64,000 bases of DNA from Clostridia bacterium (GCA_045654805.1 JAZOOD010000067.1:2147-66146), one strand, 5' to 3'. Counted from the first letter of the stretch, positions 16,828 through 27,745 are shown. The notes: generated by a model from the letters alone, not told the origin. Made by a program: numbers and translations.

Positions 16828-19800
16828 ATGCGTTTAAAGGGTTTGGAATTACAAGGTTTTAAATCTTTTGCTGACAGGACAGTTTTGGACTTTAAAAATG
16901 GAATAACGGGAGTGGTAGGGCCTAACGGAAGCGGTAAAAGTAATATTTCTGATGCTATGCGTTGGGTTATGGGAGAACAGAGTGCAAAATCACTTCGCGG
17001 TGGTAATATGCAGGATGTTATATTTTCCGGTACACAAAAGCGTAAGCCTTTAGGTTATGCTGAGGTCTCTCTTATTATTGACAATTCTGATAAGCAATTA
17101 CCTATTGATTTTGAAGAAGTTATTGTTACACGACGACTTTTCCGTTCTGGCGAAAGTGAATACTACATAAACAAGTCATCTGTGCGATTAAGGGATATTC
17201 ACGAACTTTTTATGGATACAGGTGTAGGCCGTGATGGTTATTCTATCATTGGACAAGGTAAAATTTCGGAAATTATCAGCACAAAGTCCGAGGACAGGCG
17301 TACAATGTTTGAAGAAGCGGCGGGTATAACAAAATTTAGATATCGCAAGGAAGAGGCTGAAAGAAAGCTTGCTCATACAAGTGATAATGTTACTCGAGTT
17401 AATGACATTATAACAGAAATAGAGGGACAGATAGGTCCATTAAAGCAACAGTCTGAAAAAGCGAAGAAATTCCTTAATCTTAGGGATAAACTTAAAGTTC
17501 TCGAAGTTAATGTAACACTTAAAAATGTTGTTAAATATCGTAAAATGATTGAAGAAGTGGGTGGGCAAATGGAAACACTTAATGCCCAACTTGATGAAAT
17601 TAACAGAAAAATAGAGGAGAACGAAAAGCAGACGGAAAAGATTTTCTCTGATATTAATGATACTGAAAAATTTGTTGAGGAAAAACGCCAGAAGCAAGAA
17701 CAAAACAGAGAAATTTTATCTGAATACAAAAGTGATATAGAAGTACTTAAAAGTAAAATTGATGGCAATAATGATAATATTAAAAGGATAGAGTCTGAAA
17801 TACTTGAACTTAATAACAAGTTTGATGAAATTGAACAGTCAGTTCAAGGCGAAGAAGGTGGATTTTCAGAGCTTAAAAACAAACAGACATCACTTAATGA
17901 TGAAATAAAAAAACTGGAGCAAAAGCTTGTTGATTTTGATAAGGAGTCTGCACAGGGTAATGAACAGATAGACAGCATCAATACTGAAATTATTGAGAAT
18001 ATGAATTCTGTTGCTAATTTGCGTTCGAAAATCAGTAATTACAAGGCTTTAATTCAAAGCTTTACTGAAAGGTCTGAAACTGTTAAGAAAGAGCTTGATG
18101 ATAAAAAAACTGATATTGAAAGACTTTGTAAGAATGTAGATGATTTGCAGAAAAATAGCGATGAATTATCTGCAGAAAGTAATGATTTAAAGAGTAAACT
18201 TGAAATTCAGCGTACTGAATATCTAAAAAATGTTGCTGAAAGTTCATCATTGGAAGATGAACTTCAAAGCAGTAAAAATCTGTTGCAACAATCCGTTTCT
18301 CGTCAAAAATTGCTTAAAGATATGGAAAAATCTTTTGATAATTATAATCGTAGTGTAAAGACCGTAATGAATGAATACAGCAACGGTTCCCTTAAAGGTG
18401 TTAAGCTATATGGAACAGTAGCAAGTCTTGTCAATGTTGATAAAGAATATGCAACAGCAATTGAGGTTGCTTTAGGAGGTTCAGCACAGTATATTGTTAC
18501 TGAAACAGAAGAAGATGCTAAGAAATCTATTGAATTTTTAAAACGTACTAAGCAAGGAAGAGCTACTTTCTTGCCTGTTTCTGCTGCAAAAGGCAGTTTG
18601 TTGAATGAACCAGGACTGGATAATTGTGATGGATATTTAGGTATTGCTTCCGATTTGATTGAATATGATAACAAGTATGATGCTGTTATTAAAGGACTGC
18701 TCGGAAGAGTAGTTGTGTTTGACAATATTGACAATGCAGTTAAAATTGCTCGTAAATATTCATATAAATTTCGCATTGTTACTTTGTCAGGTGAATTATT
18801 GGCACCGGGTGGCTCAATGTCTGGTGGTAGCCGAAATAATGCAAACGGCTTGTTTGCGAAGGCAAATGAGATTGTTGAACTTGATGTTACAATCAAGAGA
18901 TTATCTGAAAAAATTGATAATATTGAAAAAAGATATTTTGCAGTAATATCAAAAACTGAGGAAAAGAAAAAAATAGTCGAAGATATTCAGACTTCCGTTA
19001 CAGAAAAAAATAATGAACTTATTAAAATACAATCTGATTTGACTCATTACAGAACTTTTATGGAATCCTTGCTTGAAGGACAAAAGTCAATGAATAATGA
19101 GTTGGAGCAATTAGATATTCAGGTTGCGGATATGGAGAAGGAAATAGAAATCCATACGGCTGAAATTGATGCTGTAAATTCTAAAATATCTGTAATGGAA
19201 AAGGAAATAGAGCAAAAACGAGAAAGATTAGGCATTGATTTAAAATCTCGCGAAGAAATTGTGGGAAATATTAATGACATAAAAATTCAGCTTAATACTG
19301 TTATGAAGGATGTTGAAATGTACAATCAGAGAATTGCTGCATTTGACCTTCGTAAGCAGGAAATCAATCTTAATATTGAACAAAAGAAGAAAAACATTGA
19401 TGAGATGCGTGATGTAAACGATGACATCAACGATGATATTGAATTTAAAACAGAACAGATTGAGTCTATTAACGAGGAAATTGAAGCCTTAAACAACATA
19501 ATAGAAAATTCTGAAAACTTACGTAAGGAAGCTCAGGAATCTATAAAAAAACAGCAGGAAGAAAATAAAACGCTTCGTGATAATCAGTTGGTTGTGCAAC
19601 AGGAACAAAGTCGTATTGAAAGTAAGAAGACAAAAACGGATGTTGAGCTTGAAAATTTAATTAATAAGCTATGGGAAGATTACGAGCTTACAATTACTAC
19701 TGCTGAAGAACTACGTGCTGATATTCCGGATAATGCTGTAAAACAGATAAATGAAATCAAGACAGAAATAAAAGGTCTGGGTAATATTAATATTGATGCC

Positions 19801-20394
19801 ATTGAAGAATATAATCAGGTTGGTGAGAGATATGAGTTTCTCAAAACACAACGTGATGACCTTGTTGAGGCACAAAATAATCTTCAACAGGTAATCGAAG
19901 ATATGGTACAAATTATGAGACAGCAGTTTACTGAAAAATTTGCTGTAATTAATAAGCATTTTGGTGAAACATTTGTACAACTTTTTGGTGGCGGTAAGGC
20001 AGAACTTGTACTTACTGAGCCAAAAGATGTTTTAAACAGCGGTGTTGAAATTAATGTACAGCCTCCTGGCAAAGCAGTTAAGAGTATGTTGCAACTTTCC
20101 GGCGGTGAGCAGGCATTTGTTTCAATAGCTTTGTTGTTTGCTATTTTAAAGGTAAGGCCTGCACCTTTTTGCGTACTTGATGAAATTGAGGCTGCATTGG
20201 ATGATGTTAATGTATATAGATTTGCTGATTATCTTAAGAAATTCAGCAATGATTCACAGTTTATTGTTGTAACTCATAGACGGGGTACAATGGAAGCTGC
20301 TAATATTTTATATGGTGTCACTATGCAGGAACAGGGTGTATCAAGACTTATCTCGCTGAATATAGACGATGTTGTTGATATGAATATAGGCTAA
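16828..20394 (+). CDS. smc: Chromosome segregation protein SMC
   Basis: 1188 aa with N-terminal Walker A (GPNGSGKSN), long coiled coils, central hinge, and C-terminal LSGGE signature plus Walker B (FCVLDEIEAALD). Confidence 0.97.
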   Translation: MRLKGLELQGFKSFADRTVLDFKNGITGVVGPNGSGKSNISDAMRWVMGEQSAKSLRGGNMQDVIFSGTQKRKPLGYAEVSLIIDNSDKQLPIDFEEVIVTRRLFRSGESEYYINKSSVRLRDIHELFMDTGVGRDGYSIIGQGKISEIISTKSEDRRTMFEEAAGITKFRYRKEEAERKLAHTSDNVTRVNDIITEIEGQIGPLKQQSEKAKKFLNLRDKLKVLEVNVTLKNVVKYRKMIEEVGGQMETLNAQLDEINRKIEENEKQTEKIFSDINDTEKFVEEKRQKQEQNREILSEYKSDIEVLKSKIDGNNDNIKRIESEILELNNKFDEIEQSVQGEEGGFSELKNKQTSLNDEIKKLEQKLVDFDKESAQGNEQIDSINTEIIENMNSVANLRSKISNYKALIQSFTERSETVKKELDDKKTDIERLCKNVDDLQKNSDELSAESNDLKSKLEIQRTEYLKNVAESSSLEDELQSSKNLLQQSVSRQKLLKDMEKSFDNYNRSVKTVMNEYSNGSLKGVKLYGTVASLVNVDKEYATAIEVALGGSAQYIVTETEEDAKKSIEFLKRTKQGRATFLPVSAAKGSLLNEPGLDNCDGYLGIASDLIEYDNKYDAVIKGLLGRVVVFDNIDNAVKIARKYSYKFRIVTLSGELLAPGGSMSGGSRNNANGLFAKANEIVELDVTIKRLSEKIDNIEKRYFAVISKTEEKKKIVEDIQTSVTEKNNELIKIQSDLTHYRTFMESLLEGQKSMNNELEQLDIQVADMEKEIEIHTAEIDAVNSKISVMEKEIEQKRERLGIDLKSREEIVGNINDIKIQLNTVMKDVEMYNQRIAAFDLRKQEINLNIEQKKKNIDEMRDVNDDINDDIEFKTEQIESINEEIEALNNIIENSENLRKEAQESIKKQQEENKTLRDNQLVVQQEQSRIESKKTKTDVELENLINKLWEDYELTITTAEELRADIPDNAVKQINEIKTEIKGLGNINIDAIEEYNQVGERYEFLKTQRDDLVEAQNNLQQVIEDMVQIMRQQFTEKFAVINKHFGETFVQLFGGGKAELVLTEPKDVLNSGVEINVQPPGKAVKSMLQLSGGEQAFVSIALLFAILKVRPAPFCVLDEIEAALDDVNVYRFADYLKKFSNDSQFIVVTHRRGTMEAANILYGVTMQEQGVSRLISLNIDDVVDMNIG

Positions 20395-20410
20395 ATGAAA
20401 GGACTAAAAT

Positions 20411-21319
20411 ATGGGATTTTTTGATAAACTTAAATCTGGTCTTGAAAAAACAAGAAATCAGATTACAGAACGCACAATGGATGTTATATCAATTTTTAAA
20501 AAAGTTGATGATGCATTGTTTGAAGAACTTGAAGAAGTTTTAATTATGTCTGATGTTGGTTTTGAAACCTCAAGCGAAATAATTGAAAGACTGCGTCAAA
20601 AGGCTCGCGAAGAAAAAATCACAGAGTCGGAAGGCATTAAGTCTGCTTTACAAGAAATTATTAGTGATATTTTAAGTGAAGAAGATGAGGAATTTGAAAT
20701 TAAAACATCTCCTGCTATAATTCTTGTTATAGGTGTAAATGGTGTTGGCAAAACAACTTCCATAGCAAAGTTAGCTCATCTGTATAAGGAACAAGGCAAA
20801 AAAGTTATGCTTGCGGCGGCTGATACATTCCGTGCAGCGGCAATCGACCAACTACAAATTTGGGCTGACAGAGTAGGTGTTGATATTATTAAGCAGCAGG
20901 AGGGCAGTGACCCTGCATCTGTTGTTTACGATGCAATTTCAGCAGCAAAGGCACGAGGTGCAGATATTTTGATTTGCGATACTGCCGGCAGACTTCATAA
21001 TAAGAAAAATCTTATGGAGGAACTTTCTAAAATACACAAAATAATTGACAGAGAACTTCCTAATGCACAGAAGGAGTCTTTTTTGGTACTTGATGCAACA
21101 ACAGGGCAAAATGCTCTTAGTCAGGCTAAAAATTTTGGAGAAGTGTCAGATGTAAGCGGTATTGTACTCACAAAGCTTGATGGCACAGCAAAGGGAGGTA
21201 TAGTTATCGCTATAAAAGCTGAACAGAATATTCCGGTAAGATTTATCGGCGTTGGTGAAAAAATGGATGACCTTCAGCCTTTTAATGCTAAAGATTTTGC
21301 ACAAGCAATGTTTGAATAA
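20411..21319 (+). CDS. ftsY: Signal recognition particle receptor FtsY (short form, NG domain only)
   Basis: [20 protein letters not shown] and [13 protein letters not shown]-GTPase motifs. Confidence 0.95.
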   Translation: MGFFDKLKSGLEKTRNQITERTMDVISIFKKVDDALFEELEEVLIMSDVGFETSSEIIERLRQKAREEKITESEGIKSALQEIISDILSEEDEEFEIKTSPAIILVIGVNGVGKTTSIAKLAHLYKEQGKKVMLAAADTFRAAAIDQLQIWADRVGVDIIKQQEGSDPASVVYDAISAAKARGADILICDTAGRLHNKKNLMEELSKIHKIIDRELPNAQKESFLVLDATTGQNALSQAKNFGEVSDVSGIVLTKLDGTAKGGIVIAIKAEQNIPVRFIGVGEKMDDLQPFNAKDFAQAMFE

Positions 21320-21330
21320 AATAAATTGAG

Positions 21331-24030
21331 GTGATTTCCTTGATAAAAAATCCAATATTAAAAATATGTATACCGGTTATTATTTGTATTTTAGCGGTTA
21401 TTGGAATAGTTGTATGTGGCATTTATATGAATTATATGGAATATCTGGAAATAGGTACCGAATTTACCAGTGTTTTCAGAATAGATTTTAATGCCAATTT
21501 ATTGACATTTGTTTTTGCTTTTATTATATTTTTTGTTCTTATTATTTCAAATATTATAATTTTAAGAACAAATTTGCTTGCAATTGACAATTCCTTTAGC
21601 TATTTAAAAAAGAATTTTTTTCTTTATTTTTTAACTATACTTTTTGCGGTAGGGTTTTCAGTTATTGCAAGTAATGCTGTATCTGACAATATTATGCCAT
21701 ATTTAAACAGTGAGTTTTTTGGTAAGGGAGACCCTGTTTTTAACAAGGATATTGGTTATTATGTGTTTCAAAGACCATTTTATATTTCGATTGCTGACAC
21801 TTTTTCGTTCTTTACGGGTTTTTTGATTTTTTCAACTGCTTTCTTATATTTAATTTTTTACGGTAAGTTTGATTTTTATAATCTAAAAAACATACTAAAG
21901 GAAAAAGGTATTGTTACGCATGAAATAAGTCTTATAATGATATATTTTTTGATTAAAGCCGTGGCATATAAATTTATCAGGGAAGATATCTTGTTTGGTT
22001 CTGGGGGGAATTTTGTAGGTGCTGACTATGTAGATTTGAATGTTTGGCTTAAATTTTACAATGTTGCTCCTGTTATTATATTAGCCGTTGTAATTACTAC
22101 AACCGTTTTAATTTTAAGACAAAAATTAAAACCCGCTTTTCTAACGGTTATGATTTATCCGGTCTTGTTTATTGCAACATCCATAATTGCCGGTGTTGTT
22201 AATGTAATGGTTGTGGACCCTAACGAGATGGCAGTTCAAAGTGCATATATTCAGCATAATGTTGATTATACAAGGTCTGCTTATGGTCTGGACAAAGCTT
22301 TAGAACAGGATTATCAAATAAAACATGACCTTGATGCTGCGAAAATAGAAAAAAATCTTGGAACTATTAATAATATACGCATTAATGATTTTGACCAGAC
22401 TGTAAATATTCTAAATCAGCTTCAAAGTTTGAAAACATATTATGCATTTACAGATACTGATGTTGTGACTTATACCTTAAACGGGGAACCTACTGCTGTT
22501 TCAATTGCAGCAAGAGAAATTAATACTGACAGGCTTGAAGATTCAGCAAAAACTTATGTTAATACTAAAATGAGATATACCCATGGGTTTGGTGTTGTTG
22601 TTAATAAAATGAACACCATAAATGATTTGGGACAGCCTGATTTTATTGTTAGGGATATTCCGGTAAACTCTGATTACAGTGAATTAGAAGTCAAGGAACC
22701 AAGAATTTATTATGGGGAAACCGATAATGATTACGTTATTGTAGGTACTAAAGATGGTGAAACAGATGATGTTGCCACAAACGGTTATTTCTATCAGGGT
22801 AGTTCTGGTATAGGTCTTAATTGGTTTAACAGATTAGTTTTAGCGGTTAGAGAAACTGATTTTAAAATGCTTTTCTCAGACCAGATTACAAGTAACAGTA
22901 AAATTTTGCTAAATACAAATATTATGGACAGGGTAAAGAAGGTTGCACCATTCTTTAAATATGACAGCGACCCTACTATAGTTATTGATGATGACGGAAG
23001 TCTTAAGTGGATTATCGATGCTTATACAACAACGGAATATTATCCATATTCAGAATATACAGGGGAATATAATTATATCAGAAATTCTGTTAAAGTTGTA
23101 GTTGATGCATATCACGGCGATGTTCAGTTTTATATTGTGGATAAAAATGACCCTATTGTAAGGTGCTATTCAAAAATATATCCAAATTTATTTGAAAAAG
23201 GAAATATACCGGATTCGTTGTCTGAACATATAAGGTACCCTATGGATATATTCAATGTGCAGGCTGCAATGATGCAAAAATATCATATAGATAATGCATC
23301 TGATTTTTATCAGAAAAAAGGCGTATGGTCTTTCGCTAATGAAAAAACAGCCGAAAATGTTACTCAGCCTGTAAAACCTTATTATAATTATATGAGTCTT
23401 GAAGAAGGTAAAACGGAACTTGTTCTTATGATTCCATATACATTATCTAATAAGGATAATATGATTTCGTGGGTTGCGGTAAGATGTACCGGTGAAAACT
23501 ATGGTCAATTAATAGTATATAACTTTAGTCAGTCTGAAAATATTTCCGGGCCGTATCAGGTGGAAAACAGAATAGACAGTGATGCCAACATTTCAAAGGA
23601 TATATCTCTGTGGGAAAGTTCCGGTTCATCTGTAATAAGAGGCAACTTGATGGTTGTTCCGGTGGAAAGCAATTTGCTTTACATTGAACCTATATATATA
23701 ACATCAGGTATTGATGGCAGTGCATTGCCACAGATTGCAAGAATAGTTATGACATATAATGATATAGTTGTTTCTGAACCAACATTAAATGCATGCCTAC
23801 AAAGATTGTTTTCATATACATTGCCGGAGGAAGAAGCAAATGATGTAGTTCTTGCCGATGATTTAAATGCTTATATTATCAAGGCTATTGATAGTTATAA
23901 TGAGGTTAAGATTTATTCTCAATCCGGAGATTGGGAGGCTTTTGGTAAAGCAATGAATCAGCTTGATGTCAATATTAGTAATCTTAAAAACAAATTGAAT
24001 AATAATGAAAAGGACAATTCACAACAATAA
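21331..24030 (+). CDS. UPF0182 family large membrane protein
   Basis: 899 aa with an N-terminal polytopic region, then family-typical blocks (NV.YTRSAYGL; LVLMIPYT...NMISWVA; GP.QVENRID.D..ISKDISLW...GS.VIRGNL.VVP...LLYIEPIYI). TTG start. Confidence 0.8.
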   Translation: MISLIKNPILKICIPVIICILAVIGIVVCGIYMNYMEYLEIGTEFTSVFRIDFNANLLTFVFAFIIFFVLIISNIIILRTNLLAIDNSFSYLKKNFFLYFLTILFAVGFSVIASNAVSDNIMPYLNSEFFGKGDPVFNKDIGYYVFQRPFYISIADTFSFFTGFLIFSTAFLYLIFYGKFDFYNLKNILKEKGIVTHEISLIMIYFLIKAVAYKFIREDILFGSGGNFVGADYVDLNVWLKFYNVAPVIILAVVITTTVLILRQKLKPAFLTVMIYPVLFIATSIIAGVVNVMVVDPNEMAVQSAYIQHNVDYTRSAYGLDKALEQDYQIKHDLDAAKIEKNLGTINNIRINDFDQTVNILNQLQSLKTYYAFTDTDVVTYTLNGEPTAVSIAAREINTDRLEDSAKTYVNTKMRYTHGFGVVVNKMNTINDLGQPDFIVRDIPVNSDYSELEVKEPRIYYGETDNDYVIVGTKDGETDDVATNGYFYQGSSGIGLNWFNRLVLAVRETDFKMLFSDQITSNSKILLNTNIMDRVKKVAPFFKYDSDPTIVIDDDGSLKWIIDAYTTTEYYPYSEYTGEYNYIRNSVKVVVDAYHGDVQFYIVDKNDPIVRCYSKIYPNLFEKGNIPDSLSEHIRYPMDIFNVQAAMMQKYHIDNASDFYQKKGVWSFANEKTAENVTQPVKPYYNYMSLEEGKTELVLMIPYTLSNKDNMISWVAVRCTGENYGQLIVYNFSQSENISGPYQVENRIDSDANISKDISLWESSGSSVIRGNLMVVPVESNLLYIEPIYITSGIDGSALPQIARIVMTYNDIVVSEPTLNACLQRLFSYTLPEEEANDVVLADDLNAYIIKAIDSYNEVKIYSQSGDWEAFGKAMNQLDVNISNLKNKLNNNEKDNSQQ

Positions 24031-24064
24031 TTTTAAAAAATTACAAAATAATTACAAATTTCTC

Positions 24065-24093
24065 TTGACATAAAGTACGATTTGGTGTATAAT
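24065..24093 (+). promoter_or_regulatory. ylxM-ffh promoter: TTGACA (24065-24070), 17 nt, TATAAT (24088-24093)
   Basis: Perfect consensus hexamers and spacing. Confidence 0.65.
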
Positions 24094-24127
24094 ATGTAAA
24101 GTAATTTGCTTTACAAGGAGCTTTTAT

Positions 24128-24487
24128 ATGAGTAAGAATTTAGATATTATAATGCTTTTCGATTTTTACCGCAATATCCTTACCGAAAAGCAAATAGAGG
24201 TTATTGACTTATACTATAATGAGGATTTATCTCTCGCTGAAATCAGTGAACATCTCAATATCACGAGACAAGGTGTGCGTGATAATATAAAGCGTGCGGA
24301 AAATATTCTTATTAATATGGAGGATAAACTTCATCTTGTAGAAAAACATAAAAACATTATAGATGCTGTCAACGGTATTTCCAGGGAAATTAATGAAATG
24401 CAGATGAATGAATCTGCATCGACTTTACCTTGGGTTATGGAGCATATTGAAAATATCAAGATGTTGCTTGATGGTATTGAAGATTAA
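24128..24487 (+). CDS. ylxM: YlxM/UPF0122 putative DNA-binding protein
   Basis: Sigma-70 region-4-like HTH (LSLAEISE.LNITRQGVRDNIKR), conserved position upstream of ffh. Confidence 0.85.
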   Translation: MSKNLDIIMLFDFYRNILTEKQIEVIDLYYNEDLSLAEISEHLNITRQGVRDNIKRAENILINMEDKLHLVEKHKNIIDAVNGISREINEMQMNESASTLPWVMEHIENIKMLLDGIED

Positions 24488-24532
24488 TGCCTACTGGCAA
24501 ATTATTTTTATCTGAAGGGTAGGTGTGGTTTT

Positions 24533-25891
24533 ATGGCATTTGATAATCTTACCGAAAAATTACAAGTTGCTTTTAAAAAGCTTAGAGGTAAGGGAAAGAT
24601 TACACCAGCTGATTTAAAAGAGGGTATGCGTGAAATTAAGCTCGCTCTTTTAGAAGCTGATGTTAACTTTAAAGTTGTTAAAGAATTTATCGTAACTGTT
24701 ACTGAACGTGCGAGTGGCGCTGATGTTATGGAATCACTTACTCCCGGTCAGCAGATTGTTAAGATAGTTAATGAAGAACTTGTTAATCTGATGGGTGTTG
24801 AAAACAGCAAGATTAACCTTTCTAACAACCCTCCGTCAGTTATTATGATGACAGGTCTTCAAGGTGCAGGTAAAACTACTACATCAGGTAAGCTTGCAAA
24901 AATGTTTAAGGATAAAGGAAGAAGACCTTTACTTGTAGCTTGTGACGTTTATCGTCCCGCAGCAATTCAACAGCTACAGGTTGTTGGAGGTAAGGTTGAT
25001 GTTCCGGTCTTTACAATAGAAGGTAATAAAAATCCTGTTGTTATTTCGACAAAGGCTATTGAACATGCTAAAAAATATGGTAATGATATAGTTATTATTG
25101 ATACAGCCGGACGTCTTCACATAGATGAAGAACTTATGGATGAACTTCGTAATATTAAAAATAATATTACTGTTCATGAAACTTTACTTGTTGTTGATGC
25201 AATGACCGGTCAGGATGCAACACAAGTTGCAGACACCTTTAATCAACAGCTTGAGATTGATGGTGTCATTTTATCAAAACTTGATGGTGATGCTCGTGGC
25301 GGTGCAGCTTTATCTGTACGCTGTGTTACTCAAAAACCTATTAAGTTTGTTTCAACTGGTGAAAAGTTTGATGATTTTGAACCTTTTTATCCGGATAGAA
25401 TGGCTTCGAGAATTTTGGGTATGGGTGATGTACTCTCCCTTATTGAAAAAGCCGAGCAGATGTTTGATGAAAATCAGGCAAAGGAATTAGAAGAAAAATT
25501 ACGTAAACAACAATTTGACCTGGAAGATTTTCTTGAACAGATGCAACAGGTTAAAAAAATGGGCCCTATCAAAAATTTGCTTGGTATGATGCCGGGTATT
25601 GATGCACGTGCTCTTGAAAATGCTGACATTGATGAACGCAAGTTGGATAGGGTTGAGGCAATCATAAAGAGTATGACTAAAAAAGAACGTACAAATCCGT
25701 CTATTATAAATTCAAGCCGCAAGCGTAGAATTGCTTCCGGTAGCGGTACAGATGTAGCACAGGTTAATGCATTGTTAAAACAGTTTGAACAGATGCAGAA
25801 GATGTTTAAACAGCTAAACAGTAAAGGCACTAAGAAAATGATGAAAAAATTTAAAAATGGTCCAAGAGGAATGAAATTTCCTTTTGCATAA
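24533..25891 (+). CDS. ffh: Signal recognition particle protein Ffh
   Basis: GLQGAGKTTT, DTAGR, SKLDGDARGGAALS and a Met-rich M domain. Confidence 0.97.
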   Translation: MAFDNLTEKLQVAFKKLRGKGKITPADLKEGMREIKLALLEADVNFKVVKEFIVTVTERASGADVMESLTPGQQIVKIVNEELVNLMGVENSKINLSNNPPSVIMMTGLQGAGKTTTSGKLAKMFKDKGRRPLLVACDVYRPAAIQQLQVVGGKVDVPVFTIEGNKNPVVISTKAIEHAKKYGNDIVIIDTAGRLHIDEELMDELRNIKNNITVHETLLVVDAMTGQDATQVADTFNQQLEIDGVILSKLDGDARGGAALSVRCVTQKPIKFVSTGEKFDDFEPFYPDRMASRILGMGDVLSLIEKAEQMFDENQAKELEEKLRKQQFDLEDFLEQMQQVKKMGPIKNLLGMMPGIDARALENADIDERKLDRVEAIIKSMTKKERTNPSIINSSRKRRIASGSGTDVAQVNALLKQFEQMQKMFKQLNSKGTKKMMKKFKNGPRGMKFPFA

Positions 25892-25925
25892 ATTGTAAGC
25901 AATCTTTTTAGGAGGTGAAATAGAG

Positions 25926-26165
25926 ATGGCAGTAAAGATTCGTTTGAAGAGAATGGGTGCAAAGAAAGCTCCTTTCTACCGTGTAGTTGTAGCAGATTCA
26001 AGATATCCGCGTGATGGCAGATTTATCGAAGAAATCGGTACTTACAATCCACTAACAGAGCCTGCATCAATCAATATTGATACAGAAAAAGCTCAGAAAT
26101 GGATTAAAAATGGTGCTCAGCCAACAGATATCGTTAAGAAACTTCTTAAAGAAAGCGGTATGTAA
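25926..26165 (+). CDS. rpsP: 30S ribosomal protein S16
   Basis: [36 protein letters not shown]. Confidence 0.97.
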   Translation: MAVKIRLKRMGAKKAPFYRVVVADSRYPRDGRFIEEIGTYNPLTEPASINIDTEKAQKWIKNGAQPTDIVKKLLKESGM

Positions 26166-26183
26166 TTGAAAAATTGGTGTGTA

Positions 26184-26224
26184 AATAGGCTCTAAATAAC
26201 CTTGCTTATTCTATAGAGCCTATT
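26184..26224 (+). other. Perfect 11-bp hairpin between rpsP and khpA: AATAGGCTCTA / TAGAGCCTATT, 19-nt loop, no T-tract
   Basis: Inverted repeat read in sequence. Confidence 0.5.
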
Positions 26225-26263
26225 AAAATGCCGATTGCAAGGCGGCGGAAAGGCTAATTTAAA

Positions 26264-26491
26264 ATGAAGGAATTATTAGAAACAATTGCTAAATCATTAG
26301 TGGACAACCCTGATGCAGTTAATGTAAACGTTGTTGAAAAAGAAGATATAATCGTTTTGGAATTGCATGTAGGTGAAGGTGATATGGGTAAGGTAATAGG
26401 CCGTCAGGGCAGAATTGCCAAAGCTATAAGAACTGTTATCCGCAGTGCAACATCACAGTCACCTAAAAAGGTTGTTGTTGATATATTATAA
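26264..26491 (+). CDS. khpA: KH-domain RNA-binding protein (YlqC/KhpA)
   Basis: 75 aa with the GKVIGRQGRIAKAIRTV KH GXXG motif; conserved position after rpsP. Confidence 0.9.
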   Translation: MKELLETIAKSLVDNPDAVNVNVVEKEDIIVLELHVGEGDMGKVIGRQGRIAKAIRTVIRSATSQSPKKVVVDIL

Positions 26492-26499
26492 TAAGTATT

Positions 26500-26526
26500 A
26501 GGGTGGGATTTATCCTCACCCTTTTG
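26500..26526 (+). terminator. Terminator-like hairpin after khpA (AGGGTGGGA..TCCTCACCCT, then TTTT)
   Basis: Stem of about 10 bp with one bulge, followed by a T-tract. Confidence 0.55.
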
Positions 26527-26562
26527 CTGCTTATTTTGGTATTTTAAGGAGGAATAGCTTTT

Positions 26563-27063
26563 ATGTCACAGATTGAAATTGGTAAAGTTATAAATACTCA
26601 TGGGCTTAGAGGACATGTTAAAGTGGAACCATGGTGTGACGGCATAGAAACCTTTGAATATCTTAAAAGAGTTTTTATTAATAAAACGGAGTATAGAATT
26701 GAAAGTGTAAAGCCTCAGAAAAATCTTTTTTTGCTAAAACTCGCAGAAGTTAATTCTGTTGAAAATGCTGAAGCTTTAAAGGGTAAAATTATAAACGCTT
26801 TAGAAGAAGAAATGCCACCTCTTCCAGAGGGTGTATACTATATCAGGGATATTATGGGTCTTTCAGTATATGAGGGTGAAAAGTTTATTGGTGAAATTAC
26901 AGACTGGATAGAAACAGGATCAAATAATGTATATATTATTAAAAGACCCCAAGGAAAAGATGTTTTGATTCCCGCAATAGATTCAGTAGTTTTGAAAATT
27001 GATATTGAAAACAAACGAATGTCTGTAAATATGTTGGAGGGACTGATGGAAGATGACGATTGA
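26563..27063 (+). CDS. rimM: 16S rRNA processing protein RimM
   Basis: IGKVINTHGLRGHVKV N-terminus and PRC-barrel C-terminus. Confidence 0.92.
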   Translation: MSQIEIGKVINTHGLRGHVKVEPWCDGIETFEYLKRVFINKTEYRIESVKPQKNLFLLKLAEVNSVENAEALKGKIINALEEEMPPLPEGVYYIRDIMGLSVYEGEKFIGEITDWIETGSNNVYIIKRPQGKDVLIPAIDSVVLKIDIENKRMSVNMLEGLMEDDD

Positions 27064-27745
27064 TATTCTTACATTATTTCCCGAAATGATGGAAACTGTT
27101 TTGTCAGAAAGTATTATTGGCAGGGCAAGAAAAGCAGGCATTATTAATATAGACTGTACTAATATTCGAGATTATGCAGAAAATAAGCATAATCGTGTTG
27201 ATGATTATCCATATGGCGGAGGCAATGGTATGGTTATGCAACCGGGTCCTATCTACAGAGCATATGAGTCAATAGCATCAAAATATGATGAAAAGCCGTA
27301 TGTTGTGTATATGTCTCCTCAAGGAAGGGTGTTTAATCAACAAATAGCAAAAGAGTATTTGAAAAAAAAGCACATTGTTATACTGTGCGGACATTACGAA
27401 GGTATTGACGAAAGAATTATCGAAGAAATTGTCGATGAGGAAATTTCTATTGGTGATTATGTACTTACTGGCGGAGAATTACCTGCACTTGTTATGTGTG
27501 ATTGTATTAGCCGAATGGTGCCGGGTGTACTTTCTAATGAGGAATGTTTTTCTGATGAATCCCATTTTAATGGTAGACTAGAATATCCTCAATATACGCG
27601 TCCTCCTGTATTTATGGGACGCAGTGTACCAGAGGTATTACTTAGCGGCCATCACGCAAATATTGAAAAATGGCGACAGGAACAATCCATCCTGAGAACA
27701 AGGAAGAAACGCCCGGATATGTTAAAGGGTGATACAGATGAGTAA
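27053..27745 (+). CDS. trmD: tRNA (guanine37-N1)-methyltransferase TrmD
   Basis: IDILTLFPEM, DD.PYGGG.GMV and GHYEGIDER motifs. Confidence 0.96.
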   Translation: MTIDILTLFPEMMETVLSESIIGRARKAGIINIDCTNIRDYAENKHNRVDDYPYGGGNGMVMQPGPIYRAYESIASKYDEKPYVVYMSPQGRVFNQQIAKEYLKKKHIVILCGHYEGIDERIIEEIVDEEISIGDYVLTGGELPALVMCDCISRMVPGVLSNEECFSDESHFNGRLEYPQYTRPPVFMGRSVPEVLLSGHHANIEKWRQEQSILRTRKKRPDMLKGDTDE

